Shown piece by piece: positions 12,769 through 25,218 of a DNA stretch of 64,000 nt. The position numbers and the translations under genes were made by a program. Below the pieces are notes generated by a model. The model saw only the letters and a program-made list of their open reading frames with translations. It was not told the DNA's origin and did not search any database. Every line of letters starts with the position of its first letter. Position 1 is the stretch's first letter. Origin of the DNA: Octopus sinensis (lineage: Eukaryota); the NCBI RefSeq assembly GCF_006345805.1, contig NC_042999.1, positions 161,944,001 through 162,008,000 on the forward strand. Reading direction: 5' to 3'.

Positions 12769-14094
12769 AATGAATGTTTTTATATATAATGAACGTGAAA
12801 TACAGGAAGGGACGAACACGGAACACAGACAAATCATTCGAAGCCTTCAATCTTCAGTCAGACACCGAATCATCATAGCAAATTTCGGCTGTTCAATTCT
12901 GATATTTGCTCCAACTCGGCCAGCCCCAAGAAAAAAACTAAGCTGTAAGCATTAGATTTTTGGTAGAAGACAGGAATGTGAACGCACAAGACGGATGTGA
13001 ATACAAGAGACGAAAACGAAATTGAAAACAGTAATGAATAAACAAAACATATATAACGATGGTTGTCATACGACTTTAGACCAAATGAGACAAAAACACA
13101 ACAACAACATAGCTGGCGTAGAAATAATTACCGTTTCGGTAGCGGGGACACATGTTGGTCGAGATACGAAGGCCAACAGAATGGTTTAAGAAGCAGCAGG
13201 TCCAGGAGAGAGAGAAAGAGAGACAGAGAGAGAGGGAATCAAAGAGGCTGGAAGGCAGGGGACAGAATCAGTGACCAAGAGAAAAGAGAGAAGAAGGGAT
13301 TAAGGAGGATGGGAGGAAGAGGGGAGGAAGAGAGGGGAAGAATCGGAGGGCGCAAAAAGTTTGGTGAAGAAGCAATGGCGGGTAGTAAAAGACAGTGTGT
13401 ATAGAAGTCGTGCAGGGTTTAAAATGGACAAACAAACGGGGGGTGCACGTAACGCCGCAATAATATAAGAATGAATGTTTTTTATATAATGAACGTGAAA
13501 TACAGGAAGGGACGAACACGGAACACAGACAAATCATTCGAAGCCTTCAATCTTCAGTCAGACACCGAATCATCATAGCAAATTTCGGCTGTTCAATTCT
13601 GATATTTGCTCCAACTCGGCCAGCCAAGAAAAAAACTAAGCTGTAAGCATTAGATTTCTTGGTAGAAGACAGGATGTGAACGCACAAGACGGATGTGAAT
13701 ACAAGAGACGAAAACGAAATTGAAAACAGTAATGAATAAACAAAACATATATAACGATGGTTGTCATACGACTTTAGACCAAATGAGACAAAAACACAAC
13801 AACAACATAGCTGGCGTAGAAATAATTACCGTTTCGGTAGCGGGGACACATGTTGGTCGAGATACGAAGGCCAACAGAATGGTTTAAGAAGCAGCAGGTC
13901 GCAGGAGAGAGAGAAAGAGAGACAGAGAGAGAGGGAATCAAAGAGGCTGGAAGGCAGGGGACAGAATCAGTGACCAAGAGAAAAGGAGAAAGAAGGGATT
14001 AAGGAGGATGGGAGGAAGAGGGGAGGAAGAGAGGGGAAGAATCGGAGGGCGCCAAAAAGTTTGGTGAAGAAGCAATGGCGGGTAGTAAAAGACA
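12769..14094. repeat. ~700-bp tandem duplication
   Basis: 12769-13394 matches 13470-14094; the differences I could see are mostly 1-2 nt indels. Confidence 0.9.
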
Positions 14095-14714
14095 AATATC
14101 TTTAGATTGTGTGTTTGTTCAATATTGAACAATATACATCTGTAAATAGTCATCCAAGCGAAAGATATTAACCTACACATGATATACAGATATCATGTAC
14201 TTATGTGTATATGTACTACATATTTATATATGTACGGATAAACAGACACCAGAGACAGTTATATACGCACAAAATTATATAAACAAATACGAATGTTACG
14301 CGCGTGTGTATGCGTGTATGGTCCCACTGCGCAGCAACCCGCATATTTTCGGGTTAACCTAAGATTTGTGAGGGCCGTCGCAGTCTCGGCATTTTCAGAG
14401 ACGATCACAATGTTTCTGTCTTAGAATTAAGGACCACACAGGGTCGCGCTGATTCTGTGTCTGTCTCAGGATTATTTTAAGGGCGAGCCCAGGGTGGTTT
14501 GTCAGGGTCATGTAATATGAGCCATGTGCCGCATTTGAAGTCACAAATGTGAAGCGTAAGTACTCTGCAAGGAACTTTCTGAACATTCTATGGACGTGAG
14601 AAACACTAAACGTAACTTCTTGTTAACGCTTTAGTTTTCCATGCCTGTTTTTTCCATAATCGATTCAGCCATGTGTGTATGTGTGCGCCTGTGTGTGCGT
14701 GTGCAGAAAGAGGG

Positions 14715-15115
14715 GGAGAGCCCGTCGGACAAAATACTCAGCGTTATTTCTTATTCAATGTCCAAGTTCAAATCTCAGCCTTATATTCTTATGGGATCGA
14801 TAAATAAAATATGGGCAAGTACTGGGTTCGATGTAATCGACTAGCCTCCTCCTACAAAATTTCAAACCTTGTGCCAAGAGTAGAAAGAACTATTATGCGG
14901 CGAATCGTCCGAGACGGTTAAGGTCGTCGGACAGAATGCCCCGCGGTGCTTGTTCTGGCTTTTTACGTTCTCAGTTCAAACCCTGCAGAGATCCTCTTTT
15001 CTTTTCATCCCTTCGAGATCGACAAAATAACGTACCATTCAAGTACTGGAATAAATAACTCCATCCCATCAACTTTGTTGACCTTATATTCAAATTAGAA
15101 ACAATTATTATTATT
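14715..15115 (+). mobile_element. Two tandem diverged SINE family B-like copies
   Basis: AGTTCAAA B-box-like motif, GATCGATAAATAA, AAGTACTGG, and (ATT) tails at ~14895 and ~15110. Confidence 0.5.
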
Positions 15116-15269
15116 CAGTAATCTTAAATATATTACGTACTTGAAAGTACGCAATATAAGCAAGGCTTTTCAACAATACAGATACATTTTGCAGTGAACT
15201 ACCAAATATCTCTCTGTGTGGCTCGGGTTTGTGCAGCGTTTTAGTTTGATTTTTTTTTTTTTCATTACC

Positions 15270-16200
15270 CTAATATTTGCCCAGGACCTTGTAGTGCAAC
15301 TGTCTTGTACACTGTGTATTTTCTAAGTCCTTGAGTTTTGGTAATGGATTTGTAATGTTTTTTTTTTATTTTTTAATAATTTCTAAACAGGACTATAGAT
15401 TGTTTCTGTTTTCAGTCTCAACATTCAGGTTATTTCTTTTACAAAATCTTTATAGTTGCATAATTTTTCCATTGTTTTTTTTGGGTGTGACTCATAATTA
15501 TCTGTTGGGGCAGATACTTCCATTTGAAGGCCTACCATTTTCTCTTGTTCCTGGCTGTGTGAGTTATTACTATATTGCAGAATATACTCACTTTATCACT
15601 CCCTGAAACTGTCTCCTTCAGTCTTTTTATACCACTTCTTCTCTGTTCATATTTTATTATGATACCATGACTTCTAGTGTGTGGAAGTCACAACTAACCG
15701 AGTTGGAGATATATTCTTTCTTCGCTAAGACCAGACAAACAGAGACAATTTGTTTCATTGTTCTAGATTTCCACACGTTCTGCAGTGAATGTATTCTGCT
15801 TCATTACATATTCATAGTAATTTCTGGTGAGGAGGCCTTGATCCTATGCTGCAGTCAAGAATTCTTTAGTCAGCTTCTATGTTCTGCGTTTCTCAGGGAT
15901 TTTTGGTATTTTTCTTCCAGTTCCACCCCCTTCAGCGTTTTGTTAGGGACTTTTCTGTAGCCCTATTTTTAGCTTTGCTTTCAACTTTTTCACAATTTCT
16001 GTTTCTCCTTTATCTTCAACTGTCTGTCATTTCAGCTTCTATTTTGAAGACAGGAAACTTGTCTTATTTTTTGCTTTGTATTAGTTTTCTATTATTCTGT
16101 ACTAGATATTTTTGTAGCAGTTTGCTGTATATTGCATAGTAGTTTTCTCATAAAAAGCTTCCCGTCTTCCTGAATTCATAGAAAATGCAGTCATTTTGAT
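15270..16200 (-). mobile_element. Highly degraded R4/Dong-type LINE 3' part (zinc knuckle and restriction-like endonuclease)
   Basis: Reverse-strand fragments: DQGLLTRNY, HCRTCGNLE (15761-15787), LVLAKKEYI, QMEVSAPTD, EKLCNYKDF, KTVALQGPGQIL. Confidence 0.65.
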
Positions 16201-16289
16201 TTCCTATCTTGTTTTGTTACTTCATTTAGTATCCAGTTGAGACTTATCGACAAAAGTATTGATGTCTATTAACTTCATTTATTTATTAT

Positions 16290-16471
16290 CAAGTGAGAGA
16301 GTAGCGCATGCCATAAAAGTAACAGTGGAGTACAACTATACAAGTCTAACATACCCATCTTGACTACCTGTCTGATAAGGGTACACACCAGACACATGCA
16401 TCACAACCATATGTGCATGACATGGTGACTTCATATCAAGATAAACAGCGCATTATTATTATTATTATTAT
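16290..16471 (-). mobile_element. 5'-truncated copy of the (AAT)n-flanked element
   Basis: 16290-16453 is the reverse complement of 4271-4432, with (ATT)n at 16452-16471 and a TTATTA-rich tract on the other side. Confidence 0.75.
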
Positions 16472-16647
16472 GATTAGCATGTCGTCAAAAGTGCCAACAG
16501 TTTTATCGATGATAGAAAATGGTGTATCAAAACAATGAGAGAAACTATTGCTAAATGCGACAGCAATTGAGTAAATATATTTATATACATAGAATCGAAG
16601 CACTTAGAGAATCAGATACATACGTAACGAAAATATCGCCCACAAAA

Positions 16648-16679
<32 letters not shown>

Positions 16680-16680
16680 C

Positions 16681-16903
16681 TACCCACAAGGGACCAAACA
16701 TAGAGGAGACAAACAAGGACAAACAAAGGGATTGAGTCGATTACATCGATCCCAGTGCGAAACCGGTACTTTATTTATCGACCCCGAAAGGATGAAAGGC
16801 AAAGTCGACCTCGGCGGAATTTGAACTCAGAAAGTAACGACAGACGAAATATCGCTAAGCATTTCGCCCGGCGCGCTAACGTTTCTGCCAGCTCGCCACC
16901 TTA
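16681..16903 (-). mobile_element. tRNA-headed SINE, family B, inserted in (TA)n
   Basis: Reverse strand begins GGTGGCGAGCTGGCAGAAACGTTAG with a B-box-like GAGTTCAAATTCC. Near-identical copies at 33621, 34282 and 37205. Confidence 0.85.
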
Positions 16904-17359
16904 TAATATATATATATGCACACATACATACACACAGACCCATTATGTGAAACATATATATATATATATATGAAACCTCCATTTTTCCGTGCTCGCATGG
17001 GCCAAACAGGTTTTGTATGGCTAGATGCCCTTCCTGTCACCAACCCTTAACTATGTGCAAGTAATATTTCGCCATGCCCATACAGGTTTATATGGAGGAC
17101 TGGAAATCAAAGAACACCTTTTGCATGACAGTGGCACTTACCTACTATCATTGCTCAATGTCAAGGCAAGGAGAAAGCTAACACACACACATACATATAG
17201 TCTCCTTTCAGTTTCCCTCAACAAAATCTACTCACAAGGCTTTGGTCACCTCTAGGATATAGATGTGCCTATCCATGCCTGTATGTGTGTGTGTGTATAT
17301 ATATATACATACACACACGCATACACACGTAGATATGCACACACGCTCATATATTTTTT

Positions 17360-17565
17360 TTGTTCTTTTACTTGTTTCAGTTATTAGATGCAACCATGCT
17401 GGAGCACCACCTTGAATTTTAATTGAACGAATCAACCACAGTGCTTATTTTTTAAGTATGTGCGACACACATACACATATACAATGAGGTTTTTTCAGTT
17501 TCCATCTGCCAAATTAACTCACAAGGCTTTGGTCAGCCTGAGGCTGTAGCACAATAGTTACCAAC
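17360..17565 (-). mobile_element. Diverged partial SINE family A
   Basis: TTACTTGTTTCAG..CCATGCTGGAGCACC..CTCACAAGGCTTTGGTC. Confidence 0.6.
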
Positions 17566-17748
17566 CTTTTCACTACCAAGGACCCCTTTTATTTAAATGA
17601 GTTTTCCCACAGACCCCTTTCAATATACTTATCCTTATATATATATATATAATGGGAAGCTTTATGAAAATAAACAAAAGACGAAGGCAGGTGGAGTACA
17701 AACAAACAATTGTATTAGTATGGCGCTCAGGAATATAAATAAAACAAG

Positions 17749-17786
17749 TCTTTTACATTTCGAGCCTACGCTCTTCAACAGAAAGA
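17749..17786 (-). ncRNA. Minimal hammerhead-like motif with a variant core (CUGUUGA)
   Basis: Reverse strand reads TCTTT-CTGTTGA-A-GAGC GTAG GCTC-GAAA-TG-TA-AAAGA: stem I 5 bp, stem II 4 bp with a tetraloop. Confidence 0.45.
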
Positions 17787-17817
17787 TACACAGAAAAGAA
17801 ACACGGAGAGAAACAAG

Positions 17818-17861
<44 letters not shown>

Positions 17862-18993
17862 TTTGAATTTAGTTCACAGACCTCCCCCCCCCCCCAAGTA
17901 CTATCTTTGTGGACCACGAGGGGTCCACAGACCACAGGTTAGGAACTACTGCTGCAGTAGAAGACATTTGCCCAAAGTGTCCCTCTGTAGGACTGAATCC
18001 AGAACCGTGTGGTCGGGAAGCAAAGCTTACTACCCACAGTGGATGATTTAATCAACTGACTCCTTCTTCTCTACCAAATTTCAGGCCTTGTGCTCTTATC
18101 AAAAACAACTGTTATAGTGTCTGTTGTAATATACTCTTTAGACCTTGAATATAAGTCAGATTTGCTATTCATCCTTGTGCAATGATACTAAAGTTAATTC
18201 AGTCTACTATAGCCCTACTCTCCCACTCTGTAAATCTGTGTAATCCACTAGCTCCTGTTTACCCTTCTAGCTTTACAATGGATATATCTAATTCCTTACC
18301 CTAGTTTTTTGTCTAATATCATTACTGCAAAATAGGAATTCAGTGCATATAACATAGATTCTTGTGTGAGACCCAAGTTTTATCACTGTGAAGGGCACTT
18401 CTTTTGGTGGTGGGGAGAGGTGACACAAAACCTAAAGAATTACATAGACTAAGATAAGAATGATTAAAAATATTTTTCATAACATAATGAACTCATTAAT
18501 TTCAAAAGATCAAAAGTCTTTCAGCAACCACTGTCTTGACTTTTTTTCTTTATTACATGACATACATAAAATAATATCATCCAACATGCCCATCCTTGAG
18601 GAACAGTGATAAATAGGATAATTATATGAAAAGTATTCTACATAAATAGTATCAAGATTCTGGTATCTGTAGATTATAAGGGCACCTGTTGGGAAAAAAT
18701 TACCTCTTTAGAGGGAAATTTTAAGAGAATTCAATCTACACCAAGCCATGGTTAAGACATAACTTCTTAAACGGTCGTGGTGACCTCTGATAGATTTAGC
18801 ACAGGCAAAACTTTCAAAGACAATTTATTTAATCTCTTATGAAGTCTAACTTTATGAAAGAGAGAAAGAAAAAGTTTAATAAAGAAATAAAATAATCTTT
18901 ATGTAAGAATTCCTCAAGGTGTGGGTTTCCTCCAAGGTAAAATGGTTGGGAAATGCTGAGTCAGAGTATGAAGATGCATATATGACTGAGTAA

Positions 18994-19390
18994 TCTTTAT
19001 ATATAAAAGTGAGGTTGTGTGCTGTCTGTCTCCTACGATTTAGATTCCTAACTACTCCCACATTTTGCGGTGCAGTTTAACCAAAACCAGGTATCTTATA
19101 GTCATGATTCATATTGAGCCTTCTGGGTATTAGTGCACGTCTACGATGAGTCTACGATTTAAAAAAAAATTTACCATCAATTTTTCCCATTTTTAATGCA
19201 TTTTTGGCATATATAAGGGAAGTAACTCTCTAAAAATTTATTATTAAATCTCAGAACGTAAAAAGCTACAGTAACAACCCCCCCCTTTGTGGTTAGCCAT
19301 ATTGAGATGGCTATTATACTTTACATCTCTAAAAATGCTTATATAGTTATTTCCCTTACAAACCCGAGCAACGCCGGGCGATACTGCTAG
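18994..19390 (+). mobile_element. Non-autonomous Helitron
   Basis: A|TC...CCCGAGCAACGCCGGG..CTAG|T; same family as 6847-7244. Confidence 0.88.
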
Positions 19391-20016
19391 TTATAAATAT
19401 GCATGAAGTGTAAGAGAGAGAGGGAGAAATGGAAAGAACACAGCCTGCAGTTAGAATCTTTTGGTTGATCAAACAAACATTATTCAAAAATGCATTTGTA
19501 TGAGATTAGCTCACTACTTTTTGTAGAAGGGTACACTAGGCTCCAAAAAACACAGGACTATACTGTTAACTACAGATGAAAGGAGGGTGAAGAGCAAAGT
19601 TAATCCTGAAGGGACATGAACTTCACCTTTTACTTGTCAAGTTTGAATCATGATGGTCAATAAAAACGAATGTCAAACTCAATTGAGCTGACTCCAAAAG
19701 TTGTGGCCTCGGCTTATGTGAGAAAATATCATTATTATTAATGAAGACCTTCATTTTGTGTAAAATTTCCTGTTGCTTTCATAGTAGACAAAACCAAGAT
19801 ATATTTTTTCTAAAGTTCTAACAATTTTGCTAGCTGGCTGTCTTTTATTACTGCAAAACAATAATAAAACAAAAACAAATATAAGAGTGTGTGTGTATAT
19901 ATGTATATGTTTTCGATAATTAATGTGGCTCTATCATTAGAGTTTCAGTTACGATAATTTTGTTTTTAAATGGCTAAACCAAATAATATATAAACAAAAT
20001 ATGTCAGATTGTTCAA

Positions 20017-20225
20017 CCCTTTAGCATTCAGATTACTCTGTTAAATGAAATGCTTATTTATTCACATTGTTTTGAATCAATCATGCATTATCCCATGGTT
20101 CAAGATTTTGATGATGTGAATGTTTATTTTTAGAATGACATTGTAGGGTAGATGTGAGAGGCCAAATCTAGCCATTTTGAACACAGATATTTGGGCCAGA
20201 TATGGCCAGTTTAAATAGTAAAGGT
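20017..20225. mobile_element. MITE with CCCTTTAGCATT-type TIRs and TTAA-like flanks (piggyBac-like ends)
   Basis: TCAA|CCCTTTAGCATT...AATAGTAAAGGT|TTAA. Relatives at 23855-24400 and 34726-34915. Confidence 0.6.
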
Positions 20226-20689
20226 TTAAATGAATATAACTCTGTTGAGTGAAGCTAATTTTTGAAAGTTGGACAGGTGACAACGACTACAAATGACAAA
20301 GTTATAACACTTAACAAATCCATTGAATGCAGTGCTCAGGAGTATTTCAATTTTAAGGAAGAGTTTTTTTTAACCTATGGTAGCTGATTAGTATGTACTC
20401 TTAGTGTGAAAATTTTGTCTTTTTCTTTGTACCACAAAAACTGGCCAAAGTTAGGGTACAATATTAAGGAATACAGTGAAAAGAGTAAATTCATATCTGA
20501 TTTTGTTTAGTCACAAATCACTTTTCAATTCTCAAGAATATGTGAATCTTGTAATGTGTACACTCAAGTGTGTATGGCAGGTTTCTCATACACACTTTAC
20601 ACATGTTAGAAATAGTAACCAAATCTCTGTTCATATCATTACCAACTGGCTTAAAAAGGGAAAAGATATATTGGATGATATAGTTCTTC

Positions 20690-20880
20690 ACCATCATTGT
20701 TAAACATTCATGTTCCATGCTGGTGTGGGTTGGATAGTTAAACAGAAACCTAGAAGCCAGAAAATTGCACAGAACCCCAATGTCTGTGTTGGCATGGTTT
20801 CATTGGCAGGATACTCTTCCTAATGCCAAAAAATTTACAGAATGTATAGGGTACTTCTTCACAGCACCAGCACAAGTGAA
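20690..20880 (-). mobile_element. Diverged RTE 3'UTR fragment
   Basis: CATGCTGGTGTGGGTTGGA..GGATACTCTTCCTAATGCCAA matches the RTE tail family. Confidence 0.55.
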
Positions 20881-22639
20881 GTTGCTATGCAGCTTGCAGG
20901 ACTAAGATTCCTTTCAACTGAGTAGGGCTACAGTAGAAAGGGATACAGCATTGTGCTGGGAGAGGAGGGGTTAAAATGTTAGAGGAGGGGTTAAAATGTT
21001 AGAGGAGGGGATAAACAGAACAGAAATTTTGGTGCAGATGAGTTACATGGCTACCCATATAACTATAAGAGAAGGGACAAGAACAAAAGAGGTTTATTAC
21101 TTTGGAGGAGCTACATGGCTATTCTCTACCCTTGAGAAAAGAAAAAATATGATTGCCATATCTAGAACACTTTCAGATAATAGGTCTATTGAATCTGGGT
21201 TGACAGAGAGCTAAACAACAACATGATTCTAAAGTGATATCAATGACCTCTACTTACCATATTCCTCCATTCCCCGTTCATGTTTTTCTGTTTTTGATCT
21301 TTTTTTTTCCCCTTTGGAATAATTACACCCATTGGTTGGTGCATTTCCTCAGATTTACAGTTTGTATAGAACAACCTGTAGATTAAATGAACAGGAATTC
21401 TGATTTCCTTCTCGTAACATTTTGTTAGTCAGTTTTCTCACATGGAGTGCAGGCCAAAGTACTTGCTTGGCTTTCTCATGTGTGTGTAGTTATACAGGGA
21501 GGGAGAAAGGAAGGGGTGAACTATACAAACTCCTATTAATTATTTCAAAGCTTCAATTTGCCTTCTATTTTATTTTCTGCAAAGATATGGTTTAATTGAT
21601 TAATTACAAATTATCAGTACATTACTGGTACCCATTTTATTGATGTTTTTGAGCAATCTAGAGGCGTGATTTGATCCCTGAACAGTGAACTACTGTAATG
21701 TATTTGTTTCTGAAAGCCTTCAGGAAACAATGAAGATCATTTTGTGTTTACATATAAGAAAAGATATAAAGAGGTGAGACTTGTTTCAGAATGAAGAAGC
21801 CTTCAATCAAGGTCACTAGCTCGACACTCCTTCTACCACCACACCTACAGACAGTGAATAAAAACTTTACAGATTCCATGCAAGTACATGACAACAACCA
21901 GATGAATATGGGGTGGATAAAGGCATTCACCAATCAGCTGAGGTGGTGGGGTATATTTAGTGTGTGTGTATGAATATGAATATATATTCTTATTCATATT
22001 TATATAAGAATTTTATACTTGTTTAGCCCATGGATATGCAGCAGTGTTCAAAGCCCTTCCACATAAGTGTGTTTTGTTTTCTTTTTAATTCTTCAAATTC
22101 CTTCAGTAAAGAAGGACTTGCTTCAAACTAAGAAACAAAACTCTGAAGACAACAGTAAATTGTTGAATTTTAGAAAAATATTACATATCTTCACGTTACT
22201 ACATTTTTTTTTATATTGCAACACCGTATTTGTTGAACGACAGCATCATTGGTTACAGGTTTCCAACTAACAAATCACTGTATTTCTGACAGTGACAAGG
22301 GATTCTCCATACCAGTTTTCTCAACAATATGTGTGTGTAGTAAAACCTACACACACACACACACACACATCTTATTGCTATGTTCCATAGCCTAAACTTG
22401 TTCATCTTTTCAATGTTTAAACAAATGTGTAGAGGTGGGAAACTTGGAAAAGTAAGTGGTTTTAATTCTTATGCAGTGATAGTTTTTTGTTTTATGCTTT
22501 CTCTGTGATAGCTTAAAAATATATTTAACCTATCCATGCATCGTCACTCTATGTTTCCCTATGATGTCAAAAACTAAGCCCAAACCCCTAGGTATTTCTC
22601 TCTCTCTTATAGCTGTATGTACATACATAGACTCCACTC

Positions 22640-23850
22640 TGTCGGTCTTTCAACTCTCTTGCCTGAATTGCAGCAACAATGACTTTCAGTTACTTTAGCT
22701 CAAAGTCTGTCTCCCTCAATCCCCCAAATACATCTGACCTTTTAATCATTCTCCAAACTCCTCAAACAATCAGCAACTCTTTGACCATATCTCTTTTTGC
22801 ATTGAGAACATATCTCACTTCTCCCCTCTCTGAAGTCATCATCCTCAGTGATTTCAATCTTAGCTACTCGTAGTTCTCTCACTCATCTCACATCAATGTT
22901 ACTGGTGCAGAAGCCGAATCATTTGCTATTCTCTACTCTTTACACCAACTTGTTTCATCCCCTATTTTTATTCCTGCCCAACACACACACCCTTGATCTC
23001 TTTCTCACCTTAAAACCTAACCTCTAATAAACTGTAACTGTCTCCTCACCTGTGGAAGCACTCCGTCGGTTACGACGATGAGGGTTCCGGTTGATCTAAA
23101 TCAACGGAACAGCCTGCTCATGAAATTAACATGTAAGTGGCTGAGCACTCCACAGACACGTGTACCCTTAACGTAGTTCTCGGGGATATTCAGCGTGACA
23201 CAGAGAGTGACAAGGCCGGCCCTTTGAAATACAGGTACAACAGAAACAGGAAGTAAGAGTGAGAGAAAGTTGTGGTGAAAGAGTACAGCAGGGATCACCA
23301 CCATCCCCTGCCGGAGCCTCGTGGAGCTTTAGGTGTTTTCGCTCAATAAACACTCACAACGCCTGGTCTGGGAATCGAAACCGTGATCCTATGACCGCGA
23401 GTCTGCTGCCCTAACCACTGGGCCATTGCGCCTCTCTCACCTATCAAGTCATTTAATCACTACTGATTCGCAATACTCAATATGCACTATCACAATGCTA
23501 CAAATCTCTTTCATCTTAGATCCTTTGCACTTTAAATCAGCTAACTGGTTACAGCTTTACCAGTTTTGGGTCAATTATCTTTGGCAAGTACATGTGCTTT
23601 ACTCCTGACCCATCAGAAATAACTAGACAGGTGACTGAAACCATACTTATAAGTATGTCCCATCATATCTCTCCCACACAGCAAGTGATTTACTCATAGC
23701 TGTGTTGTATTTAAGTAAAAAAAACAAGACCTTCAATGCCTGAAAAATTTCGTCCACTCCCCAAAAGTGGCTGGCATTCATCCAGCAGCTATTCTCCAGT
23801 TTGCAAAAAATGCCCTCATGCATTGCACAGCCCTTAAGCTTTCTTACTTC
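22640..23850 (+). mobile_element. Degraded CR1/L2-like LINE APE endonuclease region, interrupted by a SINE
   Basis: LFDHISFCIE, EVIILSDFN (GDFN), GAEAESFAILYSLHQLVSSP, HTLDLFLT; after the SINE, HFKSANW. Confidence 0.6.
23052..23433 (-). mobile_element. tRNA-headed SINE, family E
   Basis: Reverse strand AGGCGCAATGGCCCAGTGGTTAGG (A box)...GGTTTCGATTCCC (B box). CTCACCT is repeated on both flanks (23045-23051 and 23436-23442) as a probable TSD. Confidence 0.8.
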
Positions 23851-23854
23851 CTAA

Positions 23855-24400
23855 TCCTTTAGCATTTAAACTGACCATCATCATCATCATCATTTAACAT
23901 CCGTTTTCCGCGCTAGCACGGGTTGGACGATTCGACCAGGGTCTGGGAAGCCAGGGGCTGCACCGGGCTCCAGTCTGATCTGGCAGAGTTTCTACAGCTG
24001 GATGCCCTTCCTAACGACAACCACTCCGCAAGTGTAGTGGGTGCTTTTTACGTGCCACCTGCACAGGTGCCAGGGGGGGTCCAGCATTGGCCACGATCGG
24101 TTAGAGCTTTTAACGTGCCACCGGCACGGAAGCCAGCCAAGGCGGCGCTGGCAACTGCCACGTTCGGATGGTGCTTTTTATGTGCCACCGGCACAGAAAC
24201 CATATATAGTCCAAATGTTCTACTAGTTTTATATTAAAAGTGGCCAGATGTGGCCTCTCACACATACCCTACAATACCATTCTAAATATAAACAATCACC
24301 GCATCAAAATCTTGAAGCTACAAGATAATGCATAATTAATTACAAACAATATGAATAAAATAAATATTACATTTGACAGGGAAATCTGAATGATAAAGGG
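23855..24400. mobile_element. TTAA-type MITE interrupted by an RTE tail
   Basis: TCCTTTAGCATTTAAACTG...ATCTGAATGATAAAGGG|TTAA; opposite orientation to 20017-20225. Confidence 0.65.
23876..24195 (-). mobile_element. RTE 3'UTR fragment nested in the MITE
   Basis: (CAT)n tail, three GTGCCACC(GGCAC) units, ACCAT on both flanks. Confidence 0.85.
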
Positions 24401-24479
24401 TTAAACTGCAGGTGATCCTTCTGGGTCCTTCTTTTTCTCTTCTAAACTCCATAGGCAGCATCCTCAGGGAGAAAGCCTC

Positions 24480-24601
24480 CATCATCATCATCATTGTTCG
24501 ACCGTGGTCGAGACAATGGAATTTACCATGCTACGCCAGACTTCACGGTCCATCATGGCATTACGGAGGTCCTGTTGCTGGATGCCTGTATCCCTGGAGA
24601 T
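24480..24601 (-). mobile_element. 3' terminal fragment of a second RTE-group LINE
   Basis: Near-identical to the 3' end of 51652-51995, with a (CAT)n tail. Confidence 0.8.
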
Positions 24602-25112
24602 TTCCACTATTGCTTCTCACTTTGCATTTAGCTTCACATTATCATTCAACCACGGCAGTGGTTGAATATATTCTTAAGTCCACCATTTTGTCAATCGCAG
24701 CAGCTTCCAAGCTTCACTATTAATTCAGTTCTCAACTAAATTGCAAACAGTTAATAGTTTTAAAGAGGACACCTCCTCAGCTACACTTTGGCATAAATAG
24801 TTTGAGATTTGGTTCGGTAGAAAAAAAGTTACATCATAATATCTGCGACCTCAAGGGGGAAGGGGGCAGTAAGGCAGATATTCATCTTCAATTAACATAT
24901 ATCTTTTAATTTTAAATTAAAAGTATACTTTTCTCAGGCTTAAATGATAGAAAAATGCATGAGGAATTCAGAATCGTTAGTCGCATTGAACAAAAATCAG
25001 TACAAAAACAGTTATGAGGTAAAATGTTACAAAATTTAAATTCAGTAAGTAAGGGAGTAACGCTTAAGCAATAAGAATAAAGAATATATTTCTAAAATGA
25101 ATGTTTACAGTC

Positions 25113-25218
25113 TAAGGCAGCGAGTTGGCAGAAATGTTAGCATGCCGGGCAAAATGCTTAGCGGTATTTTGTCTGTCTTTACGTTTTGAGTTCAAATTTC
25201 GTCAAGGTCGACTTTGAC
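25113..25218 (+). mobile_element. SINE family B 5' half
   Basis: AAGGCAGCGAGTTGGCAGAAATGTTAGC..GAGTTCAAAT..GGTCGACTTTG. Confidence 0.75.

Noticed and set aside
12825-12870. CTGAAGA...TTCGAA hammerhead-like motif on the minus strand (duplicated at ~13540)
   Set aside because: It lacks GAAA (reads GAAT) and I could not form stem I.
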